Assembly (NCBI GenBank): GCA_964057225.1
Contig: OZ059900.1
Coordinates: forward strand, 3,534,001-3,598,000
Length of the DNA stretch: 64,000 bases
DNA from: Auanema rhodensis
Lineage: Eukaryota > Animalia > Nematoda
Direction: 5' to 3'
This document shows positions 1-11,400 of this stretch, piece after piece. Under the pieces are notes generated by a model, which was given only the letters and a program-made list of their open reading frames with translations, made no database searches and had not been told where the DNA came from. A program made the position numbers and the translations under genes. Each line of letters starts with the position of its first letter. The stretch's first letter is position 1.

Positions 1-467
1 AATTTGTAAAAATAGACTTATTTTGTGTATTATGTGTTTGATTCTCGAATCTTAACAAATATGATCAAAATTTGCAAGTATTACAGATTTTGTACCAAAA
101 ATCGGTGAGTATATGGTGTTAAAGGCATAAAAACGACCATACTTAGTGTAGTAATGCTATTTGAGCGAAAATCAGTATTTAAACATCACTAGCGTTTAAT
201 TGATGACTTTTGTTGTCATAGACAATAAAACTATGCTTCTGATCATATATATGAGCGATTTAGCCAAATTAGACTCAAAACTCGGAAATTTCAAAAATTC
301 TTTCTATTTTCGACCTTTTTTGATCAAAATGAATATATATCAGTGCAAGCTCATAAAAATAGACTGATTTTGTGTATTGTATGTTTGATTCTCAAATCTT
401 AACGAATATGATCAAAATTTACAAGTATTACAGATTTTGTACCAAAAATCGGTGAGTATATGGTGTT

Positions 468-814
468 AAAGGCATAAAAACGACCATACATAGTGTAGTA
501 ATGCTATTTGAGCGAAATTCAGTATTTAAACATCACTAGCGTTTAATTGATGACTTTTGTTGTTATAGACATTAAAACTATGTTTTTGATCATATATATG
601 AGCGATTTAGCCCAATTGGACTCAAAACTCGGAAAATTCAAAAATTCTTTCTATTTTCGACCTTTTTTGATCAAAATGAATATATATCAGTGCAAACTCA
701 TAAAAATAGACTGACTTTGTTTATTGTGTGTTTGATTTTCAAATCTTAACGAATATGATCAAAATTTACGAGTATTACAGATTTTGTACCAAAAATCGGT
801 GAGTATATGGTGTT
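468..814 (+). repeat. Representative A-class monomer (347 bp)
   Basis: Diagnostic block gagcgaaa(a/t)tcagtatttaaacat(c/t)actagcgtttaattgatgacttttgttg; the distance between successive aaaggcat motifs is 347. Confidence 0.95.
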
Positions 815-1161
815 AAAGGCATAAAAACGACCATACTTAGTGTAGTAATGCTATTTGAGCGAAATTCAGTATTTAAACATTACTAGCGTTTAATTGATGA
901 CTTTTGTTGTTATAGACAATAAAACTATGTTTTTGATCATATATATGAGCGATTTAGCCAAATTGGACTCAAAACTCGGAAATTTCAAAAATTCTTTCTA
1001 TTTTCGACCTTTTTTGATCAAAATGAATAAATATCAGTGCAAACTTGTAAAAATAGACTTATTTTGTGTATTATGTGTTCGATTCTCGAATCTTAACAAA
1101 TATGATCAAAATTTACAAGTATTACAGATTTTGTACCAAAAATCGGTGAGTATATGGTGTT

Positions 1162-1509
1162 AAAGGCATAAAAACGACCATACTTAGTGTAGTAATGCTA
1201 TTTGAGTGAAATTCAGTGATTTACACATTATTAGTGTATATTTGAAGACTTTTGTTATCATAGACAGTAAAACTATGCTTTTGATCATATATATGAGCGA
1301 TTTAGCCAAATTAGACTCAAAACTCGGAAATTTCAAAAATTCTTTCTATTTTCGACCTTTTTTGATCAAAATGAATAAATATCAGTGCAAACTCGTAAAA
1401 ATAAACTTATTTCGTGTATTGTGTGTTTGATTCTCGAATCTCACCGAATATGATCGAAATTTACGAGTATCACAGATTTTGTACCAAAAATCGGTGAGTA
1501 TATGGTGTT
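1162..1509 (+). repeat. Representative B-class monomer (348 bp)
   Basis: Diagnostic block gagtgaaattcagtgatttacacattattagtgtatatttgaagacttttgttatcatagacagt, about 11 differences from A including a 1-bp insertion; the distance 1162 to 1510 is 348. Confidence 0.95.
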
Positions 1510-2310
1510 AAAGGCATAAAAACGACTATACATAGTGTAGTAATGCTATTTGAGTGAAATTCAGTGATTAAATCATTATTAGTGTATATTTGAAGACTTT
1601 TGTTATCATAGACAGTAAAACTATGCTTTTGATCATATATATGAGCGATTTAGCCCAATTGGACTCAAAACTCGGAAAATTCAAAAATTCTTTCTATTTT
1701 CGACCTTTTTTGATCAAAATGAATATATATCAGTGCAAACTCATAAAAATAGACTGATTTTGTTTATTGTCTGTTCGATTTTCAAATCTTAACGAATATG
1801 ATCAAAATTTACGAGTATTACAGATTTTGTACCAAAAATCGGTGAGTATATGGTGTTAAAGGCATAAAAACGACCATACTTAGTGTAGTAATGCTATTTG
1901 AGCGAAAATCAGTATTTAAACATCACTAGCGTTTAATTGATGATTTTTGTTGTCATAGACAATAAAACTATGCTTCTGATCATGTATATGAGCGATTTAG
2001 CCAAATTAGACTCAAAACTCGGAAATTTCAAAAATTCTTTCTATTTTCGACCTTTTTTGATCAAAATGAATAAATATCAGTGCAAACTCGTAAAAATAGA
2101 CTGATTTTGTGTATTGTATGTTTGATTCTCAAATCTTAACGAATATGATCAAAATTTACGAGTATTACAGATTTTGTACCAAAAATCGGTGAGTATATGG
2201 TGTTAAAGGCATAAAAACGACCATACTTAGTGTAGTAATGCTATTTGAGCGAAATTCAGTATTTAAACATCACTAGCGTTTAATTGATGACTTTTGTTGT
2301 TATAGACATT

Positions 2311-4513
2311 AAAACTATGTTTTTGATCATATATATGAGCGATTTAGCCAAATTGGACTCAAAACTCGGAAATTTCAAAAATTCTTTCTATTTTCGACCT
2401 TTTTTGATCAAAATGAATAAATATCAGTGCAAACTCGTAAAAATAAACTTATTTCGTGTATTATGTGTTTGTTTCTCGAATCTTAACGAATATGATCAAA
2501 ATTTACAAGTATTACAGATTTTGTACCAAAAATCGGTGAGTATATGGTGTTAAAGGCATAAAAACGACCATACTTAGTGTAGTAATGCATTTGAGTGAAA
2601 TTCAGTGATTTACACATTATTAGTGTATATTTGAAGACTTTTGTTATCATAGACAGTAAAACTATGCTTTTGATCATATATATGAGCGATTTAGCCCAAT
2701 TGGACTCAAAACTCGGAAAATTCAAAAATTCTTCTATTTTCGACCTTTTTTGATCAAAATGAATATATATCAGTGCAAACTCATAAAAATAGACTGATTT
2801 TGTTTATTGTGTGTTTGATTTTCAAATCTTAACGAATATGATCAAAATTTACGAGTATTACAGATTTTGTGCCAAAAATCGGTGAGTATATGGTGTTAAA
2901 GGCATAAAAACGACCATACTTAGTGTAGTAATGCTATTTGAGCGAAAATCAGTATTTAAACATCACTAGCGTTTAATTGATGACTTTTGTTGTCATAGAC
3001 AGTAAAACTATGCTTTTGATCATATATATGAGCGATTTAGCCCAATTGGACTCAAAACTCGGAAAATTCAAAAATTCTTTCTATTTTCGACCTTTTTTGA
3101 TCAAAATGAATATATATCAGTGCAAACTCATAAAAATAGACTGACTTTGTTTATTGTGTGTTTGATTTTCAAATCTTAACGAATATGATCGAAATTTACG
3201 AGTATTACAGATTTTGTACCAAAAATCGGTGAGTATATGGTGTTAAAGGCATAAAAACGACCATACTTAGTGTAGTAATGCTATTTGAGCGAAATTCAGT
3301 ATTTAAACATTACTAGCGTTTAATTGATGACTTTTGTTGTTATAGACAATAAAACTATGTTTTTGATCATATATATGAGCGATTTAGCCAAATTGGACTC
3401 AAAACTCGGAAATTTCAAAAATTCTTTCTATTTTCGACCTTTTTTGATCAAAATGAATAAATATCAGTGCAAACTCGTAAAAATAAACTTATTTCGTGTA
3501 TTATGTGTTTGTTTCTCGAATCTTAACGAATATGATCAAAATTTACAAGTATTACAGATTTTGTACCAAAAATCGGTGAGTATATGGTGTTAAAGGCATA
3601 AAAACGACCATACTTAGTGTAGTAATGCATTTGAGTGAAATTCAGTGATTTACACATTATTAGTGTATATTTGAAGACTTTTGTTATCATAGACAGTAAA
3701 ACTATGCTTTTGATCATATATATGAGCGATTTAGCCCAATTGGACTCAAAACTCGGAAAATTCAAAAATTCTTCTATTTTCGACCTTTTTTGATCAAAAT
3801 GAATATATATCAGTGCAAACTCATAAAAATAGACTGATTTTGTTTATTGTGTGTTTGATTTTCAAATCTTAACGAATATGATCAAAATTTACGAGTATTA
3901 CAGATTTTGTGCCAAAAATCGGTGAGTATATGGTGTTAAAGGCATAAAAACGACCATACTTAGTGTAGTAATGCTATTTGAGCGAAAATCAGTATTTAAA
4001 CATCACTAGCGTTTAATTGATGACTTTTGTTGTCATAGACAGTAAAACTATGCTTTTGATCATATATATGAGCGATTTAGCCCAATTGGACTCAAAACTC
4101 GGAAAATTCAAAAATTCTTTCTATTTTCGACCTTTTTTGATCAAAATGAATATATATCAGTGCAAACTCATAAAAATAGACTGACTTTGTTTATTGTGTG
4201 TTTGATTTTCAAATCTTAACGAATATGATCGAAATTTACGAGTATTACAGATTTTGTACCAAAAATCGGTGAGTATATGGTGTTAAAGGCATAAAAACGA
4301 CCATACTTAGTGTAGTAATGCTATTTGAGCGAAATTCAGTATTTAAACATTACTAGCGTTTAATTGATGACTTTTGTTGTTATAGACAATAAAACTATGT
4401 TTTTGATCATATATATGAGCGATTTAGCCAAATTGGACTCAAAACTCGGAAATTTCAAAAATTCTTTCTATTTTCGACCTTTTTTGATCAAAATGAATAA
4501 ATATCAGTGCAAA
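2311..4513 (+). repeat. Tandem duplication of a 3-monomer unit (1040 bp)
   Basis: The rare variant ttttgtGccaaaaatc was seen only at 2871 and 3911 (offset 1040). ORF pairs 2284/3324 and 2483/3523 have the same offset. 1040 = 347+347+346. Confidence 0.9.
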
Positions 4514-7500
4514 CTTGTAAAAATAGACTTATTTTGTGTATTATGTGTTCGATTCTCGAATCTTAACAAATATGATCAAAATTTACAAGTATTACAGATT
4601 TTGTACCAAAAATCGGTGAGTATATGGTGTTAAAGGCATAAAAACGACCATACTTAGTGTAGTAATGCTATTTGAGTGAAATTCAGTGATTTACACATTA
4701 TTAGTGTATATTTGAAGACTTTTGTTATCATAGACAGTAAAACTATGCTTTTGATCATATATATGAGCGATTTAGCCAAATTAGACTCAAAACTCGGAAA
4801 TTTCAAAAATTCTTTCTATTTTCGACCTTTTTTGATCAAAATGAATAAATATAAGTGCAAACTCGTAAAAATAAACTTATTTCGTGTATTGTGTGTTTGA
4901 TTCTCGAATCTCACCGAATATGATCGAAATTTACGAGTATCACAGATTTTGTACCAAAAATCGGTGAGTATATGGTGTTAAAGGCATAAAAACGACTATA
5001 CATAGTGTAGTAATGCTATTTGAGTGAAATTCAGTGATTAAATCATTATTAGTGTATATTTGAAGACTTTTGTTATCATAGACAGTAAAACTATGCTTTT
5101 GATCATATATATGAGCGATTTAGCCCAATTGGACTCAAAACTCGGAAAATTCAAAAATTCTTTCTATTTTCGACCTTTTTTGATCAAAATGAATAAATAT
5201 CAGTGCAAACTTGTAAAAATAGACTTATTTTGTGTATTATGTGTTTGATTCTCGAATCTTAACAAATATGATCAAAATTTACAAGTATTACAGATTTTGT
5301 ACCAAAAATCGGTGAGTATATGGTGTTAAAGGCATAAAAACGACCATACTTAGTGTAGTAATGCTATTTGAGCGAAAATCAGTATTTAAACATCACTAGC
5401 GTTTAATTGATGACTTTTGTTGTCATAGACAATAAAACTATGCTTCTGATCATATATATGAGCGATTTAGCCAAATTAGACTCAAAACTCGGAAATTTCA
5501 AAAATTCTTTCTATTTTCGACCTTTTTTGATCAAAATGAATATATATCAGTGCAAGCTCATAAAAATAGACTGATTTTGTGTATTGTATGTTTGATTCTC
5601 AAATCTTAACGAATATGATCAAAATTTACGAGTATTACAGATTTTGTACCAAAAATCGGTGAGTATATGGTGTTAAAGGCATAAAAACGACCATACATAG
5701 TGTAGTAATGCTATTTGAGCGAAATTCAGTATTTAAACATCACTAGCGTTTAATTGATGACTTTTGTTGTTATAGACATTACAACTATGTTTTTGATCAT
5801 ATATATGAGCGATTTAGCCAAATTGGACTCAAAACTCGGAAATTTCAAAAATTATTTCTATTTTCGACCTTTTTTGATCAAAATGAATAAATATCAGTGC
5901 AAACTTGTAAAAATAGACTTATTTTGTGTATTATGTGTTTGATTCTCAAATCTTAACAAATATGATCAAAATTTACAAGTATTACAGATTTTGTACCAAA
6001 AATCGGTGAGTATATGGTGTTAAAGGCATAAAAACGACCATACTTAGTGTAGTAATGCTATTTGAGTGAAATTCAGTGATTTAATCATTATTAGTGTATA
6101 TTTGAAGACTTTTGTTATCATAGACAGTAAAACTATGCTTTTGATCATATATATGAGCGATTTAGCCCAATTCGACTCAAAACTCGGAAAATTCAAAAAT
6201 TCTTTCTATTTTCGACCTTTTTTGATGAAAATGAATATATATCAGTGTAAACTCATAAAAATAGACTGATTTTGTGTATTGTGTGTTTGATTCTCAAATC
6301 TTAACAAATATGATCAAATTTTACGAGTATTACAGATTTTGTACCAAAAATTGGTGAGTATATGGTGTTAAAGGCATAAAAACGACCATACTTAGTGTAG
6401 TAATGCTATTTGAGCGAAAATCAGTATTTAAACATCACTAGCGTTTAATTGAAGATTTTTGTTGTCATAGACAATAAAACTATGCTTCTGATCATATATA
6501 TGAGCGATTTAGCCAAATTAGACTCAAAACTCGGAAATTTCAAAAATTCTTTCTATTTTCGACCTTTTTTGATCAAAATGAATAAATATCAGTGCAAACT
6601 CATAAAAATAGACTTATTTCGTGTATTATGTGTTTGTTTTTCGAATCTTAACGAATATGATCGAAATTTACAAGTATTACAGATTTTGTACCAAAAATCG
6701 GTGAGTATATGGTGTTAAAGGCATAAAACGACCATACTTAGTGTAGTAATGCATTTGAGTGAAATTCAGTGATTTACACATTATTAGTGTATATTTGAAG
6801 ACTTTTGTTATCATAGACAGTAAAACTATGCTTTTGATCATATATATGAGCGATTTAGCCCAATTGGACTCAAAACTCGGAAAATTCAAAAATTCTTCTA
6901 TTTTCGACCTTTTTTGATCAAAATGAATATATATCAGTGCAAACTCATAAAAATAGACTGATTTTGTTTATTGTGTGTTTGATTTTCAAATCTTAACGAA
7001 TATGATCAAAATTTACGAGTATTACAGATTTTGTACCAAAAATCGGTGAGTATATGGTGTTAAAGGCATAAAAACGACCATACTTAGTGTAGTAATGCTA
7101 TTTGAGCGAAAATCAGTATTTAAACATCACTAGCGTTTAATTGATGACTTTTGTTGTCATAGACAATAAAACTATGCTTCTGATCATATAAATGAGCGAT
7201 TTAGCCAAATTAGACTCAAAACTCGGAAATTTCAAAAATTCTTTCTATTTTCGACCTTTTTTGATCAAAATGAATATATATCAGTGCAAGCTCATAAAAA
7301 TAGACTTATTTCGTGTATTATGTGTTTGATTCTCGAATCATAACGAATATGATCAAAATTTACGAGTATCACAGATTTTGTACCAAAAATCGGTGAGTAT
7401 ATGGTGTTAAAGGCATAAAAACGACCATACTTAGTGTAGTAATGCTATTTGAGCGAAAATCAGTATTTAAACATCACTAGCGTTTAATTGATGACTTTTG

Positions 7501-8499
7501 TTGTTATAGACAATAAAATTATGTTTTTGATCATATATATGAGCGATTTAGCCCAATTGGACTCAAAACTCGGAAATTTCAAAAATTCTTTCTATTTTCG
7601 ACCTTTTTTGATCAAAATGAATAAATATCAGTGCAAACTCGTAAAAATAGACTGATTTTGTGTATTGTATGTTTGATTCTCAAATCTTAACGAATATGAT
7701 CAAAATTTACGAGTATTACAGATTTTGTACCAAAAATCGGTGAGTATATGGTGTTAAAGGCATAAAAACGACCATACTTAGTGTAGTAATGCTATTTGAG
7801 CGAAATTCAGTATTTAAACATTACTAGCGTTTAATTGATGACTTTTGTTGTTATAGACAATAAAACTATGTTTTTGATCATATATATGAGCGATTTAGCC
7901 AAATTGGACTCAAAACTCGGAAATTTCAAAAATTCTTTCTATTTTCGACCTTTTTTGATCAAAATGAATAAATATCAGTGCAAACTTGTAAAAATAGACT
8001 TATTTTGTGTATTATGTGTTTAATTCTCGAATCTTAACAAATATGATCAAAATTTACAAGTATTACAGATTTTGTACCAAAAATCGGTGAGTATATGGTG
8101 TTAAAGGCATAAAAACGACCATACTTAGTGTAGTAATGCTATTTGAGCGAAAATCAGTATTTAAACATCACTAGCGTTTAATTGATGACGTTTGTTGTCA
8201 TAGACAATAAAACTATGCTTCTGATCATATATATGAGCGATTTAGCCAAATTAGACTCAAAACTCGGAAATTTCAAAAATTCTTTCTATTTTCGACCTTT
8301 TTTGATCAAAATGAATATATATCAGTGCAAGCTCATAAAAATAGACTGATTCTGTGTATTGTATGTTTGATTCTCAAATCTTAACGAATATGATCAAAAT
8401 TTACGAGTATTACAGATTTTGTACCAAAAATTGGTGAGTATATGGTGTTAAAGGCATAAAAACGACCATACTTAGTGTAGTAATGCTATTTGAGCGAAA

Positions 8500-11400
8500 A
8501 TCAGTATTTAAACATCACTAGCGTTTAATTGAAGATTTTTGTTGTCATAGACAATAAAACTATGCTTCTGATCATATATATGAGCGATTTAGCCAAATTA
8601 GACTCAAAACTCGGAAATTTCAAAAATTCTTTCTATTTTCGACCTTTTTTGATCAAAATGAATAAATATCAGTGCAAACTCATAAAAATAGACTTATTCC
8701 GTGTATTATGTGTTTGTTTCTCGAATCTTAACGAATATGATCGAAATTTACAAGTATTACAGATTTTGTACCAAAAATCGGTGAGTATATGGTGTTAAAG
8801 GCATAAAACGACCATACTTAGTGTAGTAATGCATTTGAGTGAAATTCAGTGATTTACACATTATTAGTGTATATTTGAAGACTTTTGTTATCATAGACAG
8901 TAAAACTATGCTTTTGATCATATATATGAGCGATTTAGCCCAATTGGACTCAAAACTCGGAAAATTCAAAAATTCTTCTATTTTCGACCTTTTTTGATCA
9001 AAATGAATATATATCAGTGCAAACTCATAAAAATAGACTGATTTTGTTTATTGTGTGTTTGATTTTCAAATCTTAACGAATATGATCAAAATTTACGAGT
9101 ATTACAGATTTTGTACCAAAAATCGGTGAGTATATGGTGTTAAAGGCATAAAAACGACCATACTTAGTGTAGTAATGCTATTTGAGCGAAAATCAGTATT
9201 TAAACATCACTAGCGTTTAATTGATGACTTTTGTTGTCATAGACAATGAAACTATGCTTCTGATCATATAAATGAGCGATTTAGCCAAATTAGACTCAAA
9301 ACTCGGAAATTTCAAAAATTCTTTCTATTTTCGACCTTTTTTGATCAAAATGAATATATATCAGTGCAAGCTCATAAAAATAGACTGATTTTGTGTATTG
9401 TATGTTTGATTCTCAAATCTTAACGAATATGATCGAAATTTACGAGTATTACAGATTTTGTACCAAAAATCGGTGAGTATATGGTGTTAAAGGCATAAAA
9501 ACGACCATACTTAGTGTAGTAATGCTATTTGAGCGAAATTCAGTATTTAAACATCACTAGCGTTTAATTGATGACTTTTGTTGTCATAGACATTAAAACT
9601 ATGCTTTTGATCATATAAATGAGCGATTTAGCCAAATTAGACTCAAAACTCGGAAATTTCAAAAATTCTTTCTATTTTCGACCTTTTTTGATCAAAATGA
9701 ATATATATCAGTGCAAACTCATAAAAATAGACTTATTTCGTGTATTATGTGTTTGTTTCTCGAATCTTAACGAATATGATCAAAATTTACAAGTATTACA
9801 GATTTTGTACCAAAAATCGGTGAGTATATGGTGTTAAAGGCATAAAACGACCATACTTAGTGTAGTAATGCATTTGAGTGAAATTCAGTGATTTACACAT
9901 TATTAGTGTATATTTGAAGACTTTTGTTATCATAGACAGTAAAACTATGCTTTTGATCATATATATGAGCGATTTAGCCCAATTGGACTCAAAACTCGGA
10001 AAATTCAAAAATTCTTCTATTTTCGACCTTTTTTGATCAAAATGAATATATATCAGTGCAAACTCATAAAAATAGACTGATTTTGTTTATTGTGTGTTTG
10101 ATTTTCAAATCTTAACGAATATGATCAAAATTTACGAGTATTACAGATTTTGTACCAAAAATCGGTGAGTATATGGTGTTAAAGGCATAAAAACGACCAT
10201 ACTTAGTGTAGTAATGCTATTTGAGCGAAAATCAGTATTTAAACATCACTAGCGTTTAATTGATGACTTTTGTTGTCATAGACAATAAAACTATGCTTCT
10301 GATCATATAAATGAGCGATTTAGCCAAATTAGACTCAAAACTCGGAAATTTCAAAAATTCTTTCTATTTTCGACCTTTTTTGATCAAAATGAATATATAT
10401 CAGTGCAAGCTCATAAAAATAGACTGATTTTGTGTATTGTATGTTTGATTCTCAAATCTTAACGAATATGATCGAAATTTACGAGTATTACAGATTTTGT
10501 ACCAAAAATCGGTGAGTATATGGTGTTAAAGGCATAAAAAGGACCATACTTAGTGTAGTAATGCTATTTGAGCGAAATTCAGTATTTAAACATCACTAGC
10601 GTTTAATTGATGACTTTTGTTGTCATAGACATTAAAACTATGCTTTTGATCATATATATGAGCGATTTAGCCAAATTAGACTCAAAACTCGGAAATTTCA
10701 AAAATTCTTTCTATTTTCGACCTTTTTTGATCAAAATGAATATATATCAGTGCAAGCTCATAAAAATAGACTGATTTTGTGTATTGTATGTTTGATTCTC
10801 AAATCTTAACGAATATGATCGAAATTTACGAGTATTACAGATTTTGTACCAAAAATCGGTGAGTATATGGTGTTAAAGGCATAAAAACGACCATACTTAG
10901 TGTAGTAATGCTATTTGAGCGAAAATCAGTATTTAAACATCACTAGCGTTTAATTGATGACTTTTGTTGTCATAGACAATAAAACTATGCTTCTGATCAT
11001 ATAAATGAGCGATTTAGCCAAATTAGACTCAAAACTCGGAAATTTCAAAAATTCTTTCTATTTTCGACCTTTTTTGATCAAAATGAATATATATCAGTGC
11101 AAGCTCATAAAAATAGACTGATTTTGTGTATTGTATGTTTGATTCTCAAATCTTAACGAATATGATCGAAATTTACGAGTATTACAGATTTTGTACCAAA
11201 AATCGGTGAGTATATGGTGTTAAAGGCATAAAAACGACCATACTTAGTGTAGTAATGCTATTTGAGCGAAATTCAGTATTTAAACATCACTAGCGTTTAA
11301 TTGATGACTTTTGTTGTCATAGACATTAAAACTATGCTTTTGATCATATAAATGAGCGATTTAGCCAAATTAGACTCAAAACTCGGAAATTTCAAAAATT

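Noticed and set aside
6171-6187. CENP-B-box-like ttcgactcaaaactcgg in some B monomers
   Set aside because: The canonical spacing TTCGnnnnAnnCGGG is not met (CGG is 3 nt too far and the last G is absent), and TTCG is present only in a minority variant.
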